This document shows, in pieces, positions 10,670 through 19,531 of a DNA stretch of 64,000 nt (the stretch's first letter is position 1; each line of letters starts with the position of its first letter). The notes beneath the pieces are model-generated. The model made no database searches and was not told the origin of the DNA. It saw only the letters and a list, made by a program, of their open reading frames with translations. Position numbers and translations under genes: made by a program. Source of the stretch: Candidatus Multivoradales bacterium (lineage in GTDB: Bacteria > Acidobacteriota > Thermoanaerobaculia > Multivoradales > JAHEKO01). The stretch is from positions 1,376,001-1,440,000 of the forward strand of contig CBDCXM010000009.1 in assembly GCA_965223855.1 (NCBI GenBank), given 5' to 3'.

Positions 10670-11211
10670 CAGAAGCCCCTCACGTCGACGAGATCGACCC
10701 GCCGGCCGGGACCGAGCGCTCCGCCGTCGCGCTGCCCGGAGGTCGTGACGATCAGTTGGCGGATGTGAACGAAGGAATCGAGCTCGTCGTTGCCGAGCGA
10801 GTAGCCGGTGACAGGGTTCTTGAAGGTCGGCTCGCCGTTCTTGGTGTCGGAGTCGTAGATCTCGTTGATGTTGAACTGCTGAACCTCGGAACGCCGCAGC
10901 CATTCGGGCTCACCGGTCGGGTCGGCGCCGCAAGCGTAGGGCTTCCAGCCGTCCTTGTCCGTGTACTGGGCGCAGGTCACCGCCTCGTCGTCGCCGACGT
11001 CCGGCCGCACCTGCGGTCGGTCGAGCGGCAACGGATAGAGGAATTCCGAACCAGAGCGCGAGAAGTTGGTCGACTCGGTCGACTCCTTGCCCTGCACGTT
11101 CTGGACGATCGAGTTGGTGAAGAGCGGCATGATGCCGACCGTGATGACGAGGATCAGCGCTGCTGACAGCACCGCCTCGACGAGCGAGAAGCCGCTTTGT
11201 GGATCCCTCAT
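10669..11211 (-). CDS. pilV: PilV-like minor pilin
   Basis: Start ATG 11211; QSG/FSLVEAVLSAALILVITVGIMPLF; gene order fimT-pilV-pilW-pilX-pilY1. Confidence 0.75.
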   Translation of the reverse strand: MRDPQSGFSLVEAVLSAALILVITVGIMPLFTNSIVQNVQGKESTESTNFSRSGSEFLYPLPLDRPQVRPDVGDDEAVTCAQYTDKDGWKPYACGADPTGEPEWLRRSEVQQFNINEIYDSDTKNGEPTFKNPVTGYSLGNDELDSFVHIRQLIVTTSGQRDGGALGPGRRVDLVDVRGF

Positions 11212-11741
11212 CCCCGTTCCTCCCAATCGGCGCCGTCCCAGGTGTTGAGTCGCATTCGCGCCGTCGACGCCGGCTCGAGCCGCACCTCGACGAAATGCTG
11301 GTTGCCGTTGCCGAGTCTCAGCGCACCGGCATCGCTGGCCGAGCCGTCCGCGGCGAACACGACGAAAGCACCCTTGGCGTTCGTCGGGAAGGCTTCGAAC
11401 TTCGGCAGCCCCTGAGGTGCCCTGAACTGAACGCCCCCTGGCAGACCGATCGTCCTCTGGAGCGCGTCGGCGTCGAGCGGGTCGTCGCCCTGGAAGACCT
11501 GCACCTGATGCTCATTGAGCGCCAGGATGGTGTACTCGCGTCCCTCGTTGATGGCGCGGAAGCGGGTTCCGCGCATTACCGACAGGACGTCGCGGGCTCC
11601 CTGCTTGAGCTTGATCTCCTGGGAGATGTCCCACAGGTGAGGCATGCCGACGGCCATGCTGATTCCCAGCACGGCGACCGCCACGATCATGCCGACCAGG
11701 GTGAAACCGGGGCGGCGGGCCTGGATCTTGCGACTCATCAT
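11208..11741 (-). CDS. FimT/FimU (GspH-like) minor pilin
   Basis: RPG/FTLVGMIVAVAVLGI leader, ARDVLSVMRGTRFRAI helix, VVFAADG; first gene of the minor pilin operon. Confidence 0.75.
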   Translation of the reverse strand: MMSRKIQARRPGFTLVGMIVAVAVLGISMAVGMPHLWDISQEIKLKQGARDVLSVMRGTRFRAINEGREYTILALNEHQVQVFQGDDPLDADALQRTIGLPGGVQFRAPQGLPKFEAFPTNAKGAFVVFAADGSASDAGALRLGNGNQHFVEVRLEPASTARMRLNTWDGADWEERG

Positions 11742-11803
11742 CTACTCCTCCGCTTCTCGACGCCTGCCGGCGTTGGACGGTTGGCGGGTGCGGTTCTCTT
11801 CTT

Positions 11804-11819
11804 AGCAAGGGGCGTGCCT
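11804..11819 (-). promoter_or_regulatory. Sigma-54 (-24/-12) promoter of the minor pilin operon
   Basis: Minus strand AGGCACGCCCCTTGCT, GG-N10-GC, about 60 nt upstream of the fimT start. Confidence 0.8.
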
Positions 11820-11911
11820 CGCTTTCGCTGCCCGGGCAAGCCCTTTTTCCACAGGTGGATAGCCGGCTCACCAGGGAGCGAGTCGGATGAGGAGCTGGAA
11901 TGATTGTTACG

Positions 11912-13384
11912 TTACGTAACGATTGTGTCAATAGGGAGAGTGGCGGCGGCTGTCGTGCCTCCCCCGGCGCGGGGCTCGAGCGCGAGCGCGCCGCCGTGGA
12001 GGTCGAGGATTCGCTGCGCCAGCGGCAGGCCGAGACCCACTCCATCGGGCCGCGAGGTCGCGAACGGCTCGAACCACTCTTCGAGTCGGACCGGGTCGAT
12101 CCCCGCGCCCCGATCGGCGACCTCGATCACGAGTTCGCGCTCACGCAGGAAGAGCCGAAGTACGAGGGCCTCACCCGAACCGGCCTCCTCGTGCGCCGCG
12201 GCGCCGTTGCGCACCAGATTGCGTAGGGCGCGCTCGAGGAGCTGTCGATCGGCTCGCAGCTCCAGATCTGGCGGCAGCTCGTTGTCGAGCTCTACCGGCA
12301 CCGCGAGGGCCGGGTCCCGCTGGAGGTGGCGGGCGAGGTCGGCGGCCCGGAAGGTCTCCAGACGCGCCTCGGGGCGGGCGAACGACAGGAAGTCCTCGAC
12401 GACCCGCTGGAGGTGGTCCGTCTCGCCTCGGATCTCTCCCAGATAGTCGTGGACCGTGTCCTCGTCGGGCTGCCGCTCGATGAGGGTCAGATAGCCGCGC
12501 AGCGCGGCGAGCGCGTTGCGCAGCTCGTGGGCGAGGCCGGCCGACATCCGACCGAGCTGAGCGAGACTCGAGGCGCGCTGCTCCCGGTTCGACCGTTCCC
12601 GGTCTTCCGTCAGGTCCGCGAAGAGGGCGAGCCGGCCGCGTCGGGTACCGTCGTCACGGTGGAGCTCATGGGTCGTGAGGCCGAGCGTCAGGGTCGATCC
12701 GTCGGTGCGCTCGAGGGAGAGTTCTCGCCTGGAGACACGGTCTTCGGGTGAGGCTTCGGCGTTGCCGAGCAACTCGACGAGCGCGGGGTGTCGGGCGCCG
12801 TACTCTGAGAGCGCAGGGCGGGCGTCCTCCGGTGGCTCCAGTCCGAGGAGCTCGCAACCGACCGGGTTGAGAGCCAGCACGCGATCGCTGTCGTCGAGCA
12901 GAAGGACACCGCTGTCGAGGCTCGAACCGAGGGTGCGCTGGAGCGCGGCGATCTCCCGCTCCTCGTCGAGATTCGAATCGTCGTGGTGACTGCCGGCCAG
13001 CGCTTCGAGCGCCCGTTCGAAGGTCGAGACGAGATAGTCGACGTCGTCGCGCGCCTCGCTCTCGTCGATCGCCGCCACATCCCTCGCCTGGCCGAGCAGC
13101 GCCTCGAAGGGCGAGATGAGATGCCGGAGGTAGAAGAGCACGAAGATCACCAGCGCGACGCCCACCGCCAGAACGACCCAGGTGAGGCGCTCGGCGATCA
13201 CCCTCTGGCGGGCGACCTCTCTATCGATCTCCGCGCTCCCGGCACCTCCGAGAGAGCCGAGAGACTCCAGCGAAGAACGGTAGGCGGAGAGGGTGGCGAT
13301 CGAGAGCACCACCAGGACGAGCAGCACGAGCGGTAGCAGAATCGAAGCCTCGCGCACGAGGCCGATCCTGGGCCGCCGCTTCAC
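11912..13384 (-). CDS. Membrane sensor histidine kinase with PAS-like domain (PilS-like)
   Basis: Start GTG 13384 overlapping the pilD stop; two TM helices, AGLAHELRN H-box, NLVRNG, DRGAGI, FEPFAT, GVGLGL. Confidence 0.9.
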   Translation of the reverse strand: MKRRPRIGLVREASILLPLVLLVLVVLSIATLSAYRSSLESLGSLGGAGSAEIDREVARQRVIAERLTWVVLAVGVALVIFVLFYLRHLISPFEALLGQARDVAAIDESEARDDVDYLVSTFERALEALAGSHHDDSNLDEEREIAALQRTLGSSLDSGVLLLDDSDRVLALNPVGCELLGLEPPEDARPALSEYGARHPALVELLGNAEASPEDRVSRRELSLERTDGSTLTLGLTTHELHRDDGTRRGRLALFADLTEDRERSNREQRASSLAQLGRMSAGLAHELRNALAALRGYLTLIERQPDEDTVHDYLGEIRGETDHLQRVVEDFLSFARPEARLETFRAADLARHLQRDPALAVPVELDNELPPDLELRADRQLLERALRNLVRNGAAAHEEAGSGEALVLRLFLRERELVIEVADRGAGIDPVRLEEWFEPFATSRPDGVGLGLPLAQRILDLHGGALALEPRAGGGTTAAATLPIDTIVT

Positions 13385-14166
13385 AACAGGCCCAGGTAGA
13401 CGTCGACCGGGCGGTTGCGGGTAAACAGAGCGATCAGCGCGCCGGCGGCGAGGAAGGTACCGAATGGGAGCTTGGAGGCGAGACCGAGACGCCGGGTGGC
13501 GATCATCGCCAGACCGTAGACAGCACCGATGAGGGCGCCGCAGAAGAGCGCCATCGCGACTCCCTTCCAGCCGAGAAAGGCCCCGATCATCGCCAGCAGA
13601 TTGACGTCGCCCAGCCCCATCCCCTCTTCCTCCCGCAGCCAGTACCAGGCATTGATCAGGAGGATCAGCCCTCCGGCGCCGACCAGCGTCCCGATCACGG
13701 CCTCGAGGAAGGTCACTCCGGGAATCCACGGCTGGAGAGCGAGCCCGGCGGCGATGCCGGGGAAGGTCAGCCGGTCGGGCAGCAGGAAGTGCTCGAGGTC
13801 GATGAGGGCGAGGGCGAGCAGCAACGACCCGAACAGGGCCGCGGCGAGTCCCTCGAGCCCGAAGCCGAAGGTCCTCGCGCAGCTCCAGAACAGGAGCGCC
13901 GTCGCCGCCTCGACCGCCGGGTAGCGCCAGCCGATCGTCGCCCCGCAATGGCGGCATCTTCCGCGCAGCCAGAGGAAGCTCAGCATCGGCAGGTTGTCGA
14001 ACCAGGCGATCGCCGCGCCGCACCCCGGGCAGGCCGATCGCGGGCGGATGGTCGAGACCTGCCGCGGCACGCGGTGGATCACGACGTTGAGGTAGCTGCC
14101 GGCGATCAGGCCGAGAGCGACGGCGAGAAACTCGGCCGTCAGCGGGGACAGCGAGAGGGCGGACAC
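13381..14166 (-). CDS. pilD: Prepilin peptidase / N-methyltransferase
   Basis: GSYLNVVIHRVP, CPGC and CRHC zinc motifs, LIDLEHFLLPD, GMGLGDVNL, LPFGTFLA. Confidence 0.95.
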   Translation of the reverse strand: MSALSLSPLTAEFLAVALGLIAGSYLNVVIHRVPRQVSTIRPRSACPGCGAAIAWFDNLPMLSFLWLRGRCRHCGATIGWRYPAVEAATALLFWSCARTFGFGLEGLAAALFGSLLLALALIDLEHFLLPDRLTFPGIAAGLALQPWIPGVTFLEAVIGTLVGAGGLILLINAWYWLREEEGMGLGDVNLLAMIGAFLGWKGVAMALFCGALIGAVYGLAMIATRRLGLASKLPFGTFLAAGALIALFTRNRPVDVYLGLL

Positions 14167-14175
14167 CGGGGGATT

Positions 14176-14541
14176 CTAACCGTCGTCCGCTTCCTCGCGG
14201 CCGCACGGTTCGGCCAGCGGGACGAGGTCGAAGAGATCACCGAGCACCCCGCGCCACTCGGTGTCGAGACCGGCGCTCCAGCGCCGGTCGCGCAGCTCCA
14301 CCTCGGCACTCGCGTCGGCCGGGACCACGTTGGGAGCCTCCGATCCCCGGAGCTCGACGATCCTGAAGTCGTCTCCGTGCCGTCGCTCGAGCGCGGCGAG
14401 GCCGCGGACCAGCCGATGAGGAGCCGAATGCGGGTTGGGGCTGGCACTGTGTCCCGAGCGACCCTCGGCGACAACCTCGATCATCGTGCAGGTACCCGAA
14501 GGCGCCGCCGCGAGGGCGAGCAACAGAGCCGCGACCAACAT
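14176..14541 (-). CDS. Small secreted protein consisting of an isolated M20 peptidase dimerisation domain
   Basis: Signal peptide, then IEVVAEGRSGHSASP...APHRLVRGLAAL...GSEAPNVVPADASAEVELR; TAGACT hexamer 6 nt before the ATG. Confidence 0.7.
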   Translation of the reverse strand: MLVAALLLALAAAPSGTCTMIEVVAEGRSGHSASPNPHSAPHRLVRGLAALERRHGDDFRIVELRGSEAPNVVPADASAEVELRDRRWSAGLDTEWRGVLGDLFDLVPLAEPCGREEADDG

Positions 14542-14587
14542 GGCGTGAGTCTAGCCCGAACGTCTCCCGGTCCCTTCTTCGGACAAC

Positions 14588-14621
14588 AAAAAACGGCGCC
14601 GCCCCGAAGAGCGGCGCCGCC
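14588..14621 (-). terminator. Rho-independent terminator after the major pilin gene
   Basis: Minus strand GGCGGCGCCGCTCTTCGGGGCGGCGCCG hairpin followed by TTTTTT. Confidence 0.85.
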
Positions 14622-14675
14622 AGAAGAGAAGACGTTGCTGTCAGGTCTTCTGTGCCTCGAGGCTCAGCTACCGAA

Positions 14676-15218
14676 CTAGTTGCCGACCTGGGCGCCCGCC
14701 GGGTAGGTGACGAAGAAACCGTCCGCCCAGGCGATGTCGTTGTCGTAGATCGTCGCGATGAACGGGCCGACGGTGTACGACTCGGCGTCGAACGCGCCGT
14801 CACGACCGGTGCTGCGGATACCCATGACCTTCGAGCCGAGAAGCTGGGAGCCCGACGCATAGGCGTACGAGTTGCCCCAACCGTCGAGAGGCGGCACGGT
14901 CTGGATGTAGAAGAAGGTATCCGACTGGAAGAGCGTGTTCTGCAGGTTGTTGGCACCGATGTCGGTGTTGTTGAAGTCCCAGTCGAAGGTCGAGGCGCCG
15001 GCGGAAGCGGCACCGACCTGATCGGTCAGCCAGGAAAACCAGGCGCCACCGACGTTGCGCATGTCACCGACGGTCCGCTTCTGCTTGGCCTTCTGAAGGG
15101 CGTCGAGAAGGTTCGGGATCAGGACCGCGGCGATGATGCCGATGATCGCGACGACGATCAGCAGCTCGATGAGGGTGAAACCCTTCTGGCCGCGGCGACG
15201 ATTGAGAAAATTCATCAT
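14676..15218 (-). CDS. pilA: Major type IV pilin (PilA-like, GspG-type C-terminal motif)
   Basis: QKG/FTLIELLIVVAIIGIIAAVLIPNL, PPLDGWGN, IRSTGRDG; own sigma-54 promoter, GGAGG RBS and terminator indicate a stand-alone highly expressed gene. Confidence 0.85.
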   Translation of the reverse strand: MMNFLNRRRGQKGFTLIELLIVVAIIGIIAAVLIPNLLDALQKAKQKRTVGDMRNVGGAWFSWLTDQVGAASAGASTFDWDFNNTDIGANNLQNTLFQSDTFFYIQTVPPLDGWGNSYAYASGSQLLGSKVMGIRSTGRDGAFDAESYTVGPFIATIYDNDIAWADGFFVTYPAGAQVGN

Positions 15219-15290
15219 GTGTTGCTTCCTCCCTGGGGGAATTGGATGTCTTTCGACGGATGCGGCCGAGCCGCGTGGACCCGCTTACCA

Positions 15291-15306
15291 TGCAGGGAGC
15301 ATGCCG
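15291..15306 (-). promoter_or_regulatory. Sigma-54 (-24/-12) promoter of pilA
   Basis: Minus strand CGGCATGCTCCCTGCA, GG-N10-GC, about 70 nt upstream of the start. Confidence 0.7.
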
Positions 15307-15405
15307 AGAGCAAACACCCCTTTTTTCAGGGACTTGCGGGATTGGGCACGGCTCGGGTTGTCAGGGATCGTCAGCCCGCAGTGACGAATATTGTCGGTCG
15401 CCGCG

Positions 15406-16773
15406 TCAACCGGCCATTCGACGGACGGTCTCGACGTAGAGGTCGATACCCTTGACGAAGCCGGGCAGGTTGATCCTCTCGTTGGGGTTGTCGGCGCGGA
15501 ACGACTCGGTGTTGAAGATCACGAATGGAGAGAAACCGTAGGCGGCCACTCCGGCGTCGCGGAAGAAACGGGCGTCGGTGGCGCTCCAGGCGAGGAAGAA
15601 GGGGCTGACGACGGTACCCGGGTACTCGCGGAGGATCTGCCGCTCGAGCAGGCGGTAGTCCGGGTGGTCGATCGGGCTCCCCCGGATCGATCCCACGGGA
15701 GGGCCGAACTCGACTTCGATCCCGGCCCGCATCCACTCCGGTAGCAGTCGGTCCAGGGTCTCTCGGTAGGGGCTCCCGGGCAGCAGGTTGAGGAACATCC
15801 TCATGCGGAAGGTGCCGTCCTCGAGCTCCTCTACCGGGAAGGTGGCGATCTCGTCGATCACGAAGGAGCGCAGATAGGGCTGCGCCCGGCGGAAGCGGCG
15901 AGGCTCGACGGAGCCGTCCGCGATCCGGTCGAGGAGTTCTGTGAAGATCTCCTGGTCGCGAGTCTTCGAGTAGTCCCCCAGAAACCAGGCGACCTCGTCC
16001 ACGATGCGGGGGACGCTGTAGCGGAGCTGGTGCACCCTGATGGTGCGGGAGAGCTCCTCTAGCAAGTCGCGCCGATCGGCGCAGGCGGAGCCCTCCGCGT
16101 AGCGCTTCTGTGCCGCCTCGATCCCCCAGAACTTGATCTCCGACGTCGTGTTCGGCTCGATGATGCCGCCCTCGGTCAGCACGGTATCGAAGCGGGAGAC
16201 GAGCTCGGGATGGCGTTGGAGGACCCACCGGGTCCCGAGATGGCTGCCGATTTCCTCGCCGGACGTTGCGAGGAAGATTACGGACCGCTCGGGGCGGCGT
16301 CGTGACGCGGCCAATTGCCGCATCGTCTCGAGCTGGGCTATGGCGAGGCTCTTCATGTCGAAGACTCCTCTTCCGTAGAGGAAGGGCGGGTCGATGACCC
16401 CCTCGAACGGCGGATGCTTCCATCCCAGGTCGGTCGGCGCCTCGAACACGTCGATGTGGTGGTGAAGGACGATCGCCTCGCGTCGCTGCCCCTCGATGAC
16501 CGCCCACAGGTTCGCGTGGCCATTTCCGAGCTCCTCCAGCTCCGGTTCGAGGCCTGTTTTCCGGAGCTCTTCGGCGAGGAAGCGTGCTCCGTCGATCTCT
16601 TTCTCGCTGGTATCGATGCGCACGTACTGCTGCAGCAGCCGGACCGCGGGTTCTCCTTCCCAGTCCGCCACGGTGCGCCCTGCGTCCTCTTTCACCTCGA
16701 TCGGACGGTGAAGGTGGGCGACCATCGCCAGCACGGCAGCTACAGAGAGGGCTACCGATGCATAGAGCGCCAC
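15406..16773 (-). CDS. M20/M25/M40 family metallo-hydrolase, N-terminally anchored, atypical
   Basis: HHHIDV, YGRGVFDMK, SGEEIG, TEGG, ATDARFFR; final metal His appears replaced (RADNPNER); start uncertain. Confidence 0.85.
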   Translation of the reverse strand: MALYASVALSVAAVLAMVAHLHRPIEVKEDAGRTVADWEGEPAVRLLQQYVRIDTSEKEIDGARFLAEELRKTGLEPELEELGNGHANLWAVIEGQRREAIVLHHHIDVFEAPTDLGWKHPPFEGVIDPPFLYGRGVFDMKSLAIAQLETMRQLAASRRRPERSVIFLATSGEEIGSHLGTRWVLQRHPELVSRFDTVLTEGGIIEPNTTSEIKFWGIEAAQKRYAEGSACADRRDLLEELSRTIRVHQLRYSVPRIVDEVAWFLGDYSKTRDQEIFTELLDRIADGSVEPRRFRRAQPYLRSFVIDEIATFPVEELEDGTFRMRMFLNLLPGSPYRETLDRLLPEWMRAGIEVEFGPPVGSIRGSPIDHPDYRLLERQILREYPGTVVSPFFLAWSATDARFFRDAGVAAYGFSPFVIFNTESFRADNPNERINLPGFVKGIDLYVETVRRMAG

Positions 16774-16874
16774 CCGTGCGCTTCTGCGTGCACGGCGCTC
16801 GAAGGGGGATCTTGGTGCCGGGGGTTGTCGGGCCAGGGGAGTCTCTCCGGGTGTCGGCGGGTTAGGCTAGCCCC

Positions 16875-18431
16875 ATGTCCAAGAGCTCCGGGGCCGAGGG
16901 CGCCGCGATCGTCGCGATCGCGGCCGGTATCGTATACGCCGCCTTCGCTCGGCACGTCGTGGGCTTCACAGGCCCACCGCTCGACGACGGCTTCATCCAC
17001 CTGCAGTTCGCGCGCAACCTCGCGGCGGGCTCGGGAATGAGCTACTTCGGCGGTGAGCTGGTCGGCGGTTCGACCGCGCCTCTGTGGACTCTGCTCCTCG
17101 CCGTGCTGTCGGGGCTGCCCGGTCCCGCGCTTGTTTGGGCACAGGCGTTCGGATTGCTGTGCTTCGCCGCGTCGGTCTTCCAGACGGTCGGACTGGCTCG
17201 CGACCTCGGAGTCGATCCACTTCTGGCCCGTTTCGCCGGCTACCTCGCGGCGACGACAGGGCCGCTGGTCTGGGCTTCGGTCTCGGGGCTGGAGATCCCG
17301 CTCTTCGCCCTTCTGAGCCTGGCCGCGATCCGACGCCATCTGCACGACCGGCAGCGCAGCGACGGCGTTGCGTTCTCGCTGCCGCTGTTCGCGCTGGCGG
17401 TCCTCGCGAGGCCGGAGGGGGCGTTGCTGCTGGCGCTCGCAGTGATCGATCGATTGGCGGTGCAGCGCTTCCGACCGCGGGCGGCGGTGCGCTCCCTCGG
17501 CCCGGGGCTCCTCCTCGCCGGCCTGCTGCTGGCGCCGGTCGCGTTGTTCCACCTGCTGTCGGGCGGCAGCCTGCTGCCGACGACGTTCGCTGCCAAGGGT
17601 GCCGGGTGGCACCGCCTGACTCCGGACCTGCGGTACCTCCACACCGTGATCGGTATCTTCCTGCGGGCGCAGCCGGTCGCGGCGCTCTTTGCGATCGGCG
17701 GTCTGCTGGAACTGCTGAGGCGTGACTCCATCGTGCCGGATGCAGGCCGGGCCGCGCTTCCGGCGCTGTGGTGCGTCGGGTTGCCCTTCGTCTACTCGCT
17801 GCTCTCGGCACCCGGTCCGGCGATGGTCGGCAACTTCGGCCGCTACTACTATCCGCTGCTGCCGCTGGTCGTCGTCTTCGGCTGTCTAGGTCTCACCCCG
17901 CTGTTGCGGCGTCTCAGGGTTGCGCAGGGATGGGCCGCCTCGCGCTGGGTGGTTCTGCTCCTCGCCCTCCTGGTGGCCGCTCCGGCGCTCCATCGGCTCG
18001 GGCTGACGGCGGGTCGATTCGCTCAGAACGTCCGCAATGTCCACGACGGCGATGTCGCTGCCGCGCGCTGGCTGGGCGAGCGTCTGCCTCCGGAGGCGAC
18101 TCTGGCCGTCAACGACGTCGGTGCTCTGCAGTACCTCCTGCCGCAGAACCGGGTGCTCGACCTCGCCGGTCTCGTCACGCCGCGGCTCACCGCATACACT
18201 CGCCTCGCGCTCGAGTCGGGGCGGCCGAGGAACGACGGAGTGACGGCCTATCTCGCCGAGGCGCGGCCCGACTATCTGGTGATCTTCCCGGAGTGGTTCC
18301 CGATGCTGATCTCGAGTGACGTCCGCTATCGCCCGGTTCGCGAGTTCGCGGTGCCGGGGAACATCACGCTCGGCGGCAGTCGGGTCGTGGTGTTCCGCAC
18401 ACCCTGGACCGACGTCGAGCTCGAGCCGTGA
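16875..18431 (+). CDS. Multi-pass membrane protein, putative GT-C fold glycosyltransferase
   Basis: LDDGFIHLQFARNL first-loop DD motif, GSTAPLW, SGLEIPL, LARPEG, RYYYPLLP, DLAGLVTP. Confidence 0.7.
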   Translation: MSKSSGAEGAAIVAIAAGIVYAAFARHVVGFTGPPLDDGFIHLQFARNLAAGSGMSYFGGELVGGSTAPLWTLLLAVLSGLPGPALVWAQAFGLLCFAASVFQTVGLARDLGVDPLLARFAGYLAATTGPLVWASVSGLEIPLFALLSLAAIRRHLHDRQRSDGVAFSLPLFALAVLARPEGALLLALAVIDRLAVQRFRPRAAVRSLGPGLLLAGLLLAPVALFHLLSGGSLLPTTFAAKGAGWHRLTPDLRYLHTVIGIFLRAQPVAALFAIGGLLELLRRDSIVPDAGRAALPALWCVGLPFVYSLLSAPGPAMVGNFGRYYYPLLPLVVVFGCLGLTPLLRRLRVAQGWAASRWVVLLLALLVAAPALHRLGLTAGRFAQNVRNVHDGDVAAARWLGERLPPEATLAVNDVGALQYLLPQNRVLDLAGLVTPRLTAYTRLALESGRPRNDGVTAYLAEARPDYLVIFPEWFPMLISSDVRYRPVREFAVPGNITLGGSRVVVFRTPWTDVELEP

Positions 18432-19531
18432 GCCCGTCGGTCCCGGCCTTCGACCTCGCCCGCGCGGCCCGACGCATCGAGCCGCGCTTGAGGGCGCGGT
18501 GGGCCGATCTGCTGGAGCGAACGGCCTTCGTCGGCGGTGAGGAGGTCACCGGCTTCGAGGAGGAGTTCCGGGCGTTTCTCGAAGTCGAAGGGTGCGTCGC
18601 CGTCGCCAACGGCACCGACGCGCTTGTGCTGGCACTCCAGGCGCTCGAGCTCGAGCCGGGCGACGAGGTGATCGTCCCGGCATTCACCTTCGTCGCCACG
18701 GCCGCCTCGGTCGTGCAGGCAGGCGGCACTCCGGTCTTCGCCGATGTCGATCCGGGAACGCTCAATCTGGATTTCACCGACGCCGAGCGACGGATCTCGC
18801 CGCGTACCGTCGGCGTGATCGGGGTCCACCTCTACGGCTGTCCGTTCGATGTCGAGGCGGCTGGAGCGCTGTGCGAACGCCACGGACTGTGGCTGGTGGA
18901 GGACGCCGCGCAGGCACAGGGTGCTCGCTGGCGCGGGCGTCGGGTGGGCGGTTTCGGCCGACTGGCGACCTGGAGCTTCTACCCGTCGAAGAACCTCGGT
19001 GCCTTCGGCGACGCAGGTGCCGTGACCGGTAACGACCCGGCCCTCCTCGACAGGGTGCGCCTGCTCGCGAACCACGGAGCGACCGGCCGCTATCACCATG
19101 AGCTTGTCGGCGCGAATTCTCGACTCGACGCTCTCCAGGCGGCGGTGCTTCGTTGCCGATTGGAAGGGCTCGACGCCGACAACGCCGAGCGCCGCTCGGT
19201 GGCGGCGCGCTACCGCCGCGCGCTGGACCGGTCGGAGGGCATCTGCTGGCTGCCGGAGCCCGAGGGGTGCGAGAGCGTCGTGCACCAGTTCACGGTCATG
19301 ACCGAGCGTCGGGACGAGCTGCAGGCGTTCCTGGCCGAGCGGGGGATCGGCTCCTCGGTTCACTATCCGACGCCGTTGCACCGTCAGCCCGCGTTCTCGC
19401 ACCTCGGCGCGGTCCCATCGCTGCCGGTCGCCGAGCGGGCCGCTGAGCGGGTTCTGTGCCTGCCGATGTTCCCCGAGTTGACCGACGAAGAGGTCGATCT
19501 GGTCGCCTCGGCGCTCGTCGACTTCTGCTAG
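18428..19531 (+). CDS. DegT/DnrJ/EryC1/StrS family PLP-dependent sugar aminotransferase
   Basis: ANGTDAL, VHLYG, EDAAQAQG, SFYPSKNLGAFGDAG, NSRLDALQAA. Confidence 0.95.
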   Translation: MSPSVPAFDLARAARRIEPRLRARWADLLERTAFVGGEEVTGFEEEFRAFLEVEGCVAVANGTDALVLALQALELEPGDEVIVPAFTFVATAASVVQAGGTPVFADVDPGTLNLDFTDAERRISPRTVGVIGVHLYGCPFDVEAAGALCERHGLWLVEDAAQAQGARWRGRRVGGFGRLATWSFYPSKNLGAFGDAGAVTGNDPALLDRVRLLANHGATGRYHHELVGANSRLDALQAAVLRCRLEGLDADNAERRSVAARYRRALDRSEGICWLPEPEGCESVVHQFTVMTERRDELQAFLAERGIGSSVHYPTPLHRQPAFSHLGAVPSLPVAERAAERVLCLPMFPELTDEEVDLVASALVDFC

